Positions 7,400 through 16,163 of a DNA stretch of 19,294 nucleotides are shown in pieces. Where the stretch lies: positions 1 through 19,294 of the forward strand of contig JBILDU010000057.1 in assembly GCA_044352465.1 (NCBI GenBank), read 5' to 3'. The translations under genes and the position numbers were made by a program. The DNA is from Bdellovibrionota bacterium (GTDB taxonomy: Bacteria; Bdellovibrionota_C; UBA2361). Under the pieces are notes generated by a model. The model was not told where the DNA came from, ran no database searches, and was given only the letters and a program-made list of their open reading frames with translations. Positions within the stretch are counted from its first letter, which is position 1. Every line of letters starts with the position of its first letter.

Positions 7400-9544
7400 A
7401 TGCCTGTATCCTCCCCCTTCGGCGCGAGCGCTCCGGTCCAGGCACGGCGGAGCGACCTGGTGCTGGCGCTGTTTGTCGTGGCGATCACGGCGATGCTACT
7501 CGTGCCGCTACCAACGCCGTTGCTCGACGTTCTTCTGGCCGCGAACATCTCCTTCGCGCTGCTTCTCCTGCTCGTGGGGCTTTATATGCCGAACGCCCTG
7601 GCGCTTCTGGCTTTTCCCTCGTTGCTGCTTCTCACCACCCTCTTTCGACTTGCTTTGAACGTTGCTTCTACCCGCTTGATCTTAAGTCAGGGTGATGCGG
7701 GGCGGGTTATCGAAGCTTTTGGGACGTTCCTGATCCGGGGGGAGGTCCTCGTCGGGGTGATAATCTTCACCATCATCACGGTCGTTAACTTTATCGTTAT
7801 CGCCCGAGGGGCAAGTCGGGTCTCTGAGGTGGCGGCCCGATTTGCGCTCGATGCGTTGCCCGGAAAACAGATGGCGATCGATTCCGATCTACGGGCAGGG
7901 CTCCTGAGGCCGGAGGAGGCCCAACGTCGCCGCGAGGATCTACGTAAGGAATCGCAGCTCTACGGTGCCATGGACGGCGCGATGAAGTTTGTCCAAGGCG
8001 ATGCTGTGGCGGGTTTCTTCATCATTTTGACTAATATCGTCGGTGGGCTCTATCTCGGTGTGTCGCATGGGATGGGGTTTTCGGAAGCGGTCGAGACGTA
8101 TACCGTTTTAACGGTGGGTGATGGGCTGGTCACTCAGATCCCCGCACTCCTTATCTCAATCTGCGCCGGTATCGTTGTTACCAGAGTCTCCTCAGGGGAG
8201 AATACCACCTTAGGCTCAGACGTGGGGGCGCAACTTTTCACCCGACCGGGCACCGTGCTTTTCTCAGGCGCGGTCCTCTTTGTCATCGCCACGTTGCCGG
8301 GGGTGCCAACGGTCCCGTTTCTTCTGGTCGGAACCGGGTTCGTGGCCGTGGCGTATGTTTTGATGCGGCGCCACCGCGCAGTGGTCGCTGCGGGACCGGA
8401 GCTTGCGCTCGATGCGCCGCCTCGCGCCGTTGGTGGTGGGGGAGGTGGTGTCGCGGAGCTTGAGGGCCCTGACGACTCGCGTATCCTTATTATCCTCGAC
8501 AGTGCGGTGCTCGCCCGCAGTTACCTCGCTGCAACCGAACGGTATCGGGGATGGTGGGAGGAGCTGCGGTCCGACTTTTACAGTGAGGTAGGGATCCGGC
8601 TTCCCGACCTCGTCGTTTCAAGTGATGAGCGCCTGGTTGCTGGGGGATACCGCGTGCTTATCAACGGGACGATCCTCGATGAGGGAAGTGTCCCCCTTGA
8701 TGCGATGCTTGTCGAGGTAGCGCCAGCTAATGCGGATGCCCTCGGACTCGAAGTCATCGAGCCGGTCGATCACCCGCTGAGTGGGCAGCGGGTTTTTTGG
8801 GCGAAACAGTCAGCCGCGGGAAGGTCGATCGCTGATGCGGCGAATTTGAGAGTTTTTGACTTCTTCGGATTCATCGGTCTCAGAGCTGCGGCGTTTCTGC
8901 AGAGACATCCCGAGGAGATATTCACGCTTACCGAGATGCATGCTCTTTTGAAGGTGGTGGAGAGTCGCCACCCCGGGCTCCTGGCCGATGTCTTTAAAGG
9001 TAATTTTATCAACGTGGCTCGCTTCACCGAGATCTTCCAAGAGCTTATTCGAGAGGGAATCAGCGTCCGGGAGTATCGCCAGATCATCGAAGCGGTGGCG
9101 ACCTACTGCTCGCGGTACAGCTCGCTTGAGATCGATGAATTTGACCTCCACGAAGTAGTTGCTTTCGTGCGAGTCGCTCGACGGCGGCAATTTGTGCCCC
9201 GCTTGCTCTCTCCGCGACGGACCCTACGGGTGGTGACACTCGACGCCCAGCTCGAGCGGGTGCTGGAGGGCGCTGCGGTGGATGCCCCAGAGCTTCCGCT
9301 CGCTATTGAGCCCGATGCGTTGGAGCGGTATGCCCTTGAGCTCGATGCGATCATCGGGCCGGTGCGTTCGCGGGGTGTCCTCCCGGTTGCGGTGTTGTGT
9401 TCCCGGGAGCTGCGGCACAAGGTACTTAATTTTATGCGGACGGCTAATCGCGCGGTTGGTGTGGTGACCTTTGAGGAGCTTGATCCAACCGTCGGGGTGG
9501 AGCCGGTAGGGATCTGGGGTACCGCCGGCGAGAGTGGAAGATAA
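7400..9544 (+). CDS. sctV: Type III secretion export gate, FHIPEP family (SctV/LcrD/FlhA), with injectisome-like signature
   Basis: FPSLLLLTTLFRLALNVASTRLIL, RVSEVAARFALDALPGKQMAIDSDLRAG, ESQLYGAMDGAMKFVQGDA, LTVGDGLVTQIPALLIS..AGIVVTRV and cytoplasmic-domain LIREGISVR..I.EA. Its 714 aa is full length for the family. Confidence 0.92.
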   Translation: MPVSSPFGASAPVQARRSDLVLALFVVAITAMLLVPLPTPLLDVLLAANISFALLLLLVGLYMPNALALLAFPSLLLLTTLFRLALNVASTRLILSQGDAGRVIEAFGTFLIRGEVLVGVIIFTIITVVNFIVIARGASRVSEVAARFALDALPGKQMAIDSDLRAGLLRPEEAQRRREDLRKESQLYGAMDGAMKFVQGDAVAGFFIILTNIVGGLYLGVSHGMGFSEAVETYTVLTVGDGLVTQIPALLISICAGIVVTRVSSGENTTLGSDVGAQLFTRPGTVLFSGAVLFVIATLPGVPTVPFLLVGTGFVAVAYVLMRRHRAVVAAGPELALDAPPRAVGGGGGGVAELEGPDDSRILIILDSAVLARSYLAATERYRGWWEELRSDFYSEVGIRLPDLVVSSDERLVAGGYRVLINGTILDEGSVPLDAMLVEVAPANADALGLEVIEPVDHPLSGQRVFWAKQSAAGRSIADAANLRVFDFFGFIGLRAAAFLQRHPEEIFTLTEMHALLKVVESRHPGLLADVFKGNFINVARFTEIFQELIREGISVREYRQIIEAVATYCSRYSSLEIDEFDLHEVVAFVRVARRRQFVPRLLSPRRTLRVVTLDAQLERVLEGAAVDAPELPLAIEPDALERYALELDAIIGPVRSRGVLPVAVLCSRELRHKVLNFMRTANRAVGVVTFEELDPTVGVEPVGIWGTAGESGR

Positions 9545-9585
9545 TTTCAATGTACCCGCAAGGGTGATTTCGGGGGAGGAGAGAC

Positions 9586-12042
9586 GTGACGACAACCCAA
9601 CCGACGGGAACGCTCGACATCGGCGCACAGCTCGCCGATCTCTACATCGTCGAGAGCCATCTATTGTCTACTCGTTCGGCCGACGCATATCGGGCGCTTG
9701 AGAAAAACCGGGGTGTGCCGTTATGCCTCTGGATGCTCCGCCATCCGCTGGCGCGGCGGTCCCCTGCGGTGCAACGCTTCGCGGATCGACTTGAACGTAT
9801 CGCCGCGCTGCATCCGCCGATGGTTGATATGGTGCGCTATGGCATCGATGCCTCTGGACTCGCATTCTGCGCGGTAGCCGCACTCGATGGACATCCGGTC
9901 GTCTCTGGAAACGTCGAGATTCAGGAGGCCGAACGTCGCTTTGTGTCGTGTGTACGGCTGGTCGAGCGTCTTCATCGCTCGGGGATCGTTTGCGGCGACC
10001 TGTGTGGCAGCTCTTTCTGGGTTGATCGGAGTGGGGATATCCGTTTTGTTGGTCTCATGGGCTCTTTCGACAGCGAGGCTGCCGCAACGGCGATGTTACC
10101 TCCCGCGGAGACGATTCCATTTCTCTCTCCGGAACAGCGCTCAGCTGCTGGGGTAGACGGGGCGAGCGACGTGTTTGCTCTGGGCGTGTTGGGATATTTT
10201 CTTTTCACCGGACGGTACCCCTATGGGGCGGGGCCGGCGAGCCTCATGACGGGCTTTGACCTCTCGCGGGTTGAGCCGCTGAGCCGGTTTGTTGGAGCTC
10301 CACCGGTCTGGGCCGAGGAGGTACTCCGGCGGTGTCTCGAACCGGATACCGCCGCGCGATATCCGAATGCTGGAGCGGTAGCTGAGGCGATCTCCGCAGT
10401 GATCCAACGGGTGCGTGCTCGGGAGAGCGCGCCGATGCAGGTTCAGCGGGAGGGGTCGATCGTTGGATCTCGTCAGTCCACGTCCGCGCACTCTCTTGAG
10501 CCGATGAGCCACGCACCGGTTCCGGTTGAGACGGCGGTCTCGCCTGAAGCGGGGCGCGGGATGGCGCTGCGGGTTGGAATATTGGGGGGCCTCATCATTC
10601 TTATTAGTGGAGTGACGGCTCACTGGTACACCGCGCAGCGGCGCGCACAGGAGGCCGGTCTCCGAGACGAGCTCGCGGTGCATCGCGAAGCGGCGAACAG
10701 TCAGCAGCTTCGTCAGGCTATCGATGTTATCGGTCAAAGCGATAGTGAGCTCCTCGAGCAGGCGAATGAACTTGAGAAGATTACGAATTCGGATGATCCG
10801 ATCGCTCATCAAATCCTCGTGACCAGCGCCAAAGACGCGAAGACGCAACAGATGCGAGCGCTCAGTGAGAAGGCCATTATCGATCGGGCCCGTCGGCTCG
10901 GGCTGATGCGGAGTTCGGAGCAGGTACGACAGTGGCTCCGTGGTCTGAAAGACGGGGATCTGCCGACGGTGTACGAGGCGGTCCTTCGTTCACTTGATAC
11001 GACGCTCCCGATAGAGGCGCGCAAGACTTTGTTGCGCCAAGGCTATGCCTCGGAGCCCAAATTAGTTTTGAAACTTGCCGCCGCGTTAGCGCTCGATTCG
11101 GCCTCATTTGATCAATATCAACCGGTGCTGGCGCAACTTATCGGCGATGCAGCGAGATGGAGTGATGCCAGTGATCATGCCGCACTCTCCCTGATTTTGG
11201 CTTATGAAGAGCTCGCGTTGCTTTTCGGTGATGATATTATTCAGCGGCGCGATCAGATTCCCGACAAGGATGTCGTCTGGCTTTTGAAGATTCTCGCTGG
11301 ACGAGGGGATGTGAACGTCCGGGCGATAGCCAATCTCGCCATAGAGCGGAACGTTTTACCGCCGGTGCCCGCGCAATTCCTGATGCTTGTCCGCGATCGC
11401 ACCGATTTGCCAGCCGATGTTCTGGCGACCCTGGTCCGGGCGGCTGCGGGTGTTCTCCGTTCCGAGGATATCAATCCGCTGGGGCGTTGGTTCGATGTTG
11501 ACGCTGAGCGGGTGCTCTTGGGGATTTGTGCGGTCGGTGCCCCGTCCGAGGTGATGCAGGATGCCTTCGATACCCTCGCAGGGAAGAGCCTGACCCTCGA
11601 GCCGAGCGCGGCTCTCGTCGATTGGGTGCGGCGAAATCAGTGGGAGAACCGTCTGAGCTTCGCCCGTGCGGTGGGCAGTCTCGCCTACGTCGATACCGTT
11701 TCGGAGAGTGAGCTTACCGCCGCCTTCGATAGCCTCGATAAATACATGAAGGATCCGGACCTTATCGATGTACTGCTTGAGGCCAAGAATCCTCGGATAT
11801 CGCAGATTATTGTTCAGCGCTACGCGGGCAGCTTGGGGCTGGGGGGATTAATTAATCTTTTAAGCGACTCGGCCAAGGAAATTCGTATCGCCGCAATCAA
11901 ATCGCTCAAAGATTACAACGATATCGGCGCATTAAAGATTATTATTGATCGGTACGAGCGCGAGCGTGACCCCGCTGTGCGAGAGGCCTATCGGGAGAAT
12001 TTCTGGGTCATCAAGGAGCGGGAGGGGGGACGCAGTCAGTAG
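9586..12042 (+). CDS. Membrane-anchored Hanks-type Ser/Thr kinase-like protein (probable pseudokinase) with helical/HEAT-like C-terminal domain
   Basis: Kinase C-lobe motifs retained (FLSPEQ, SDVFALG, FTGRYPY, RCLEPD..ARYP) but catalytic motifs degenerate. TM helix at about 10573-10629. The C-terminus is HEAT-like (LINLLSDSAKEIRIAAIKSL..; ERDPAVREAY). GGAGGAG SD precedes GTG 9586. Confidence 0.85.
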   Translation: MTTTQPTGTLDIGAQLADLYIVESHLLSTRSADAYRALEKNRGVPLCLWMLRHPLARRSPAVQRFADRLERIAALHPPMVDMVRYGIDASGLAFCAVAALDGHPVVSGNVEIQEAERRFVSCVRLVERLHRSGIVCGDLCGSSFWVDRSGDIRFVGLMGSFDSEAAATAMLPPAETIPFLSPEQRSAAGVDGASDVFALGVLGYFLFTGRYPYGAGPASLMTGFDLSRVEPLSRFVGAPPVWAEEVLRRCLEPDTAARYPNAGAVAEAISAVIQRVRARESAPMQVQREGSIVGSRQSTSAHSLEPMSHAPVPVETAVSPEAGRGMALRVGILGGLIILISGVTAHWYTAQRRAQEAGLRDELAVHREAANSQQLRQAIDVIGQSDSELLEQANELEKITNSDDPIAHQILVTSAKDAKTQQMRALSEKAIIDRARRLGLMRSSEQVRQWLRGLKDGDLPTVYEAVLRSLDTTLPIEARKTLLRQGYASEPKLVLKLAAALALDSASFDQYQPVLAQLIGDAARWSDASDHAALSLILAYEELALLFGDDIIQRRDQIPDKDVVWLLKILAGRGDVNVRAIANLAIERNVLPPVPAQFLMLVRDRTDLPADVLATLVRAAAGVLRSEDINPLGRWFDVDAERVLLGICAVGAPSEVMQDAFDTLAGKSLTLEPSAALVDWVRRNQWENRLSFARAVGSLAYVDTVSESELTAAFDSLDKYMKDPDLIDVLLEAKNPRISQIIVQRYAGSLGLGGLINLLSDSAKEIRIAAIKSLKDYNDIGALKIIIDRYERERDPAVREAYRENFWVIKEREGGRSQ

Positions 12043-12067
12043 GTACGTCTTCCTCCGCTCTCCCGAA

Positions 12068-12168
12068 TTGAGCCAAAGTTTTGTAGCCTGAGCACGCGTC
12101 AGGGGGGAGCGTCGACCCGGTGCGGGTGGCTTCTCAATGCTCGCGAAGAGCGATGGGCTTTGGCTCGG
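12068..12168. other. Multi-stem structured intergenic element (candidate ncRNA or 3'-UTR structure)
   Basis: GAGCCAAAG (12070-12078) is the exact reverse complement of CTTTGGCTC (12158-12166), extendable with G-U pairs. The stem encloses three small hairpins: CCTGA/TCAGG, ACCCG/CGGGT and GCTC/GAGC. Confidence 0.35.
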
Positions 12169-12254
12169 GGCATCGGCGAAGTCTTATTCGGTGATTGCGA
12201 GGTCGGCGCGCCTAGGTGATACTCCATTCGTGTCGCTTACCTCTTGATATTCCT

Positions 12255-12274
12255 CTGACACTCGTCAGTTTTTT
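12255..12274 (+). terminator. Short intrinsic terminator-like hairpin
   Basis: CTGAC-actc-GTCAG followed by TTTTTT. Confidence 0.4.
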
Positions 12275-12366
12275 CGAGCTTATTGCCGGGGTGAGTATCA
12301 ACTTCGCCGGATAAGGTGGGACCCGAGAGGTTTTCAGGGGTGCGCTCTTCTGTGAGGAACATTGTC

Positions 12367-12885
12367 ATGAATTGCCTGTCTTTCCTTGTTGTTCGGCTAG
12401 GCATTGTCTTTGTCGCGTTGTCGTTCGCAGGATGCGCAACCGATGGGGCAAAACTTATCGGCAAGCCGGCCCCCGAGACCCGTTTTACTCTTCTCGAAGG
12501 GGAATATGTGCCGCTCAAGCGCTACCGTGGGAAAACGGTCGTCGTAACTTTCTGGGCGCACTGGTGTCACTCTTCGCGACCGGCGTTGCTCCGTCTTGAT
12601 GAGTTTGCCGAGAAGCTCGGTCGGAACGACGTGGTTTTCCTCGCAGCGAACCTCGATGAGGTCAAAGATCTGGCAGAGGTCAAGGAGCGTATCGTGCACC
12701 AAGATCTCGATGGCTTTCAGCACGCGTTTTCAGGGAACGCCGGTTCTGATGAGGCGTTTGTAGCCTTCCAAGGGGGGCGTCTCCCGTACTTCCTTATTAT
12801 CGATCCCCAGGGGGTAGTCGTTGCGGCGGGTAATTCCGATTCGCTTGTTTACGAATACTTCGAAAAGCTTTCGAATGCGTCATAA
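12367..12885 (+). CDS. TlpA/ResA-family thioredoxin-like lipoprotein with CxxS active site
   Basis: Lipobox FAG|C, IGKPAP.....LEG..V.L..YRGKTVVVTFWAHWCHSS, cis-Pro motif LPYFLIIDPQG. Start moved to ATG 12367 (SD GAGGA 12354-12358). Confidence 0.85.
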   Translation: MNCLSFLVVRLGIVFVALSFAGCATDGAKLIGKPAPETRFTLLEGEYVPLKRYRGKTVVVTFWAHWCHSSRPALLRLDEFAEKLGRNDVVFLAANLDEVKDLAEVKERIVHQDLDGFQHAFSGNAGSDEAFVAFQGGRLPYFLIIDPQGVVVAAGNSDSLVYEYFEKLSNAS

Positions 12886-12958
12886 AAATAGTGCGCCATC
12901 GGCTGGTGTTGCTCGCGCGCTCGCATTTTTAACTCGCCGTGCTTGGGGCAGTGCCTCG

Positions 12959-15712
12959 TTACACGTCCGTTCGCTCTGCTCCGAGGGCGGCTTGAGCAGC
13001 CGCGAGCCGAGCGATTTCGATCCGGTAGGGAGAGCAGCTCACATAGGTGAGGCCGAGCTTCTCGCATAGAGCAATCGAGGTGGGATCCCCGCCGTGTTCT
13101 CCGCATAAGCCGAGTTTCAGCTCTGGGCGAGCTGCTTTGCCCCGCTGGATAGCCAGGCGCATCAGTTCGCCGACCCCGTCTTTATCGATGACCTCAAATG
13201 GGTTGTGGTGAAGAATCCGCTCAACGTGTCCATTCGATTGAACTCCCTCAAGATAATGGCGCAGGAATGTACCCTCCGCATCGTCTCGACTAAAGCCGAA
13301 GGTCATTTGGGTGAGGTCGTTCGTCCCGAAACTAAAGAAATCGACGTGCGGGGAGAGGGTCTCCGCCACAAGGCACGCACGGGGTACTTCGATCATGGTA
13401 CCTATCGAATAGGGGATGTCGAGCTCACTGTCGTGGACCGTCTTTGCTGCAACCTGCTCGATCGCTTGGCGAAGCACCGTGAGTTCGTGGCGGGTTGAGA
13501 CGAGGGGAATGAGGATCTCGGGACGTACCAAGACGCCGGTGCGGCGAACGGTGAGGGCTGCCTCCATGATCGCCCGAACCTGCATCGCGTAGATTTCGGG
13601 ATGGACAAGTCCCAGTCGGCATCCCCGAAAACCCATCATGGGGTTGGTTTCGCCGAGTTCAAGGACTCGTCGCAGTGTCTGTTCAAGGATGGTAATCTCT
13701 TGCTCCATCGCTCCGTTCGCGCGAAGCGCCGCTATCTGCTGCCGAAGAGCGGTAGCATCCGGCAGGAACTCGTGGAGTGGCGGATCAAGGAGCCGGATCG
13801 TCATCGGTAAACCCTCCATCTCCCGGAACATGGCGATGAAGTCCTCGCGTTGTAGTGGCAAGAGGGTTTGGAGCGCACGCTCACGCTCGGTCCGGTTATC
13901 GGCGAGGATCATCGCCCGCATGAGGGGAAGCCGTTCCTCGCCCATAAACATATGCTCGGTCCGGCAGAGACCGATTCCCTCGGCACCGTTACGACGAGCG
14001 CGGGCCGCATCGATCGGCGTATCGGCGTTGGCGCGTATCTGTAGTCGGCGGTGGGCATCCGCCCAAGACAGGAGAGTGCGAGACTCCGGCGGTGGATCGG
14101 GAATGATCGTATCGATAGGTCCCCAAAATATCTCGCCGGTGGAGCCATCGATGGAGAGTTGTTCGCCGGCTGAAAGAATTCGCCCCCCGAGGGAGATCGT
14201 GGCGGTGGTTCGATCAATCCGGAGCATTTCACATCCCGCGATACACGGCTTCCCCATGCCACGCGCAACGACCGCAGCATGGCTCGTCATCCCTCCCCGT
14301 GCGGTGACCACCCCCGCCGCCGCCACCATACCCTGGATATCGTCCGGACACGTTTCCTCGCGCACAAGTATTACGGCACGCCCGGAGGCCGCGACCGCGA
14401 CCGCATCGGCGGGGGAGAGCGCAATAACTCCTTGGGCTGCACCAGGGGATGCGGTAAGTCCGGTCGCTAACAGATGGCCAGCCGCGATAGCGGCGCTTCG
14501 TGCTGCGGGCGCAAGCTGGGGGACGAGCAGTTGCTGCAATTGAGCCGGGGTCACCCGCCGCAACGCTGTGGCACGATCGATGAGGCCCTCACTCACCATG
14601 TCAACAGCGACCTTAATCGCCGCGGCGGCGCTCCGTTTTCCCGTGCGGGTCTGTAATATAAAGAGCTTGCCATCCTCGATAGTGAACTCGATGTCTTGGA
14701 CGTCGCGATAGTGATGTTCGAGCAGTGCGGCGGTTCGCTCGAGTTCGCGGGCTGCGTTTGGGAGGGAGTTCTCAAGCTCCTCGACCGGTCGAGGTGTGCG
14801 TGTGCCCGCGACAACCTCCTCTCCTTGCGCATTGGTGAGAAACTCCCCATAGAGCCGTGGTGCGCCGGTGCTCGGATTGCGGGTGAAGCATACACCGGTG
14901 GCTGATTGATCGTTTCGATTCCCGAAGACCATCGCTTGAATCGTCACGGCGGTTCCAAGGCGGTGGTCGATGGAGTGCACCGTGCGGTAATACACCGCAC
15001 GGGGGGTGTTCCATGATCTGAATACCGCGGTAATCGCGTGCCGTAACTGCTCCAAAGGGGCATCGGGTACGCGCGTGCCGGTGAGGCGTTCAAGGGTCTC
15101 ATTGAGCTCGGCGACCACATGTTGGAGAGCGAAAGGAGAGAGGTCACGGTCGCCGCTGGCAGAGTAACGGTCGCGGCACCGGTTTACGGCTTCATCGAGT
15201 AGCTTCTTCTCGACCCCGAGAACGACGTGGCCGTACATGTACACGAAGCGACGGTAGCTATCCCACGCAAAGCGGGGGTTTTTAGTTTCGGTAGCGAGTG
15301 CCGTAACTGTTGTCTCATTAAGACCGAGGTTCAAAACGGTGTCCATCATTCCAGGCATCGAGAACTTCGACCCTGAGCGCACCGAGAGAAGGAGGGGATG
15401 TTGAGCATCTCCAAAAGCACGGCCGGTCTGTCTCTCGATAAGGGTTAATTTCGACCGAACCGCCTCGAAGACCCGGGGATTCAATTTCTCACCGCACTCA
15501 TAATACTCGCGACAGGCGTCCGCGGTTACGGTAAGCCCGGGTGGCACCGGGATTCCTGCGGCTACCATCTCAGCAAGCCCTGCGCCCTTTCCCCCAAGGT
15601 GCTCGCGCCGAGCCATCGGATCGTCGCTCCAAGCGGCAAACCCCTCTGAGAACAGGAATACCGCCTCTTTTTCAAAAGATTCGGGTGGAGTGGAGATAGC
15701 CGGTAGAGACAT
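12959..15712 (-). CDS. ppdK: Pyruvate, phosphate dikinase
   Basis: LGGKGAGLAEM, SVRSG..SMPGMMDTVLNLG, phospho-His motif GGMTSHAAVVARG, GIGLCRTEHMF, FFSFGTNDLTQ, GLCGEHGGDP; 917 aa. Confidence 0.98.
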   Translation of the reverse strand: MSLPAISTPPESFEKEAVFLFSEGFAAWSDDPMARREHLGGKGAGLAEMVAAGIPVPPGLTVTADACREYYECGEKLNPRVFEAVRSKLTLIERQTGRAFGDAQHPLLLSVRSGSKFSMPGMMDTVLNLGLNETTVTALATETKNPRFAWDSYRRFVYMYGHVVLGVEKKLLDEAVNRCRDRYSASGDRDLSPFALQHVVAELNETLERLTGTRVPDAPLEQLRHAITAVFRSWNTPRAVYYRTVHSIDHRLGTAVTIQAMVFGNRNDQSATGVCFTRNPSTGAPRLYGEFLTNAQGEEVVAGTRTPRPVEELENSLPNAARELERTAALLEHHYRDVQDIEFTIEDGKLFILQTRTGKRSAAAAIKVAVDMVSEGLIDRATALRRVTPAQLQQLLVPQLAPAARSAAIAAGHLLATGLTASPGAAQGVIALSPADAVAVAASGRAVILVREETCPDDIQGMVAAAGVVTARGGMTSHAAVVARGMGKPCIAGCEMLRIDRTTATISLGGRILSAGEQLSIDGSTGEIFWGPIDTIIPDPPPESRTLLSWADAHRRLQIRANADTPIDAARARRNGAEGIGLCRTEHMFMGEERLPLMRAMILADNRTERERALQTLLPLQREDFIAMFREMEGLPMTIRLLDPPLHEFLPDATALRQQIAALRANGAMEQEITILEQTLRRVLELGETNPMMGFRGCRLGLVHPEIYAMQVRAIMEAALTVRRTGVLVRPEILIPLVSTRHELTVLRQAIEQVAAKTVHDSELDIPYSIGTMIEVPRACLVAETLSPHVDFFSFGTNDLTQMTFGFSRDDAEGTFLRHYLEGVQSNGHVERILHHNPFEVIDKDGVGELMRLAIQRGKAARPELKLGLCGEHGGDPTSIALCEKLGLTYVSCSPYRIEIARLAAAQAALGAERTDV

Positions 15713-15865
15713 GTGCAGGACCCTTTCGAAAAGTCCCCTTGAGGTAACGCATGAGTCGGGCCGCGCGGTATGATATCTCTTTGGGAATCCGACCTTGCGC
15801 TTCGGTGCGTGAATCTACAAGGAGCGTCATATCTCCGCGTGAGTGAGGAGGTTAGTCTCCGTTTT

Positions 15866-16051
15866 ATGAAAACAGATCGGGGGCTCAGACCCCTCGCCCT
15901 CATAGCTCTCGGCGCGGTTCTGCTCACCAGCCTCTGGGGAGCGGCCGCGATTATCGTTCCGCTCCTTGGACCATTAGCGCTTGCGTATTTCGCCTTTACG
16001 ACACCCCCACCTCAATGGAGAACGGGTGACAAATCGGCGCGCCGTCGATAA
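15866..16051 (+). CDS. Possible small membrane protein (61 aa)
   Basis: MKTDRGLRPLALIALGAVLLTSLWGAAAIIVPLLGPLALAYFAF... has a long hydrophobic stretch and a basic tail. It fills the gap divergent from ppdK, with GAGGAGG about 14 nt upstream. Confidence 0.4.
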   Translation: MKTDRGLRPLALIALGAVLLTSLWGAAAIIVPLLGPLALAYFAFTTPPPQWRTGDKSARRR

Positions 16052-16163
16052 AAAGATGCGGTGGGCGGCCTTTAGGTTTGAGAGCCTCCGAAAAAATTCA
16101 AAAGAAAATCATGCCTCGGTCGAGGTCGAGAGGTCCTACCGCAGGAGCTTCATCAGCGTCGCC

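Noticed and set aside
7400..9544. Annotation as ordinary flagellar flhA
   Set aside because: No flhB/flhF/fli neighbours, and the ESQLYG..DGAMKF signature is SctV-like. Not fully excluded without a phylogeny.
10141..10848. 235-aa - strand ORF
   Set aside because: Antisense to the pseudokinase, Arg/His/Pro-rich, typical of a GC-rich shadow frame.
12316..12366. Upstream GTG start for the TlpA-like gene
   Set aside because: ATG 12367 has an SD and gives a normal-length lipoprotein signal peptide.
13638..14543. 301-aa + strand ORF
   Set aside because: Antisense shadow of ppdK, with Ser/Arg/Ala-rich composition and no recognisable motif.
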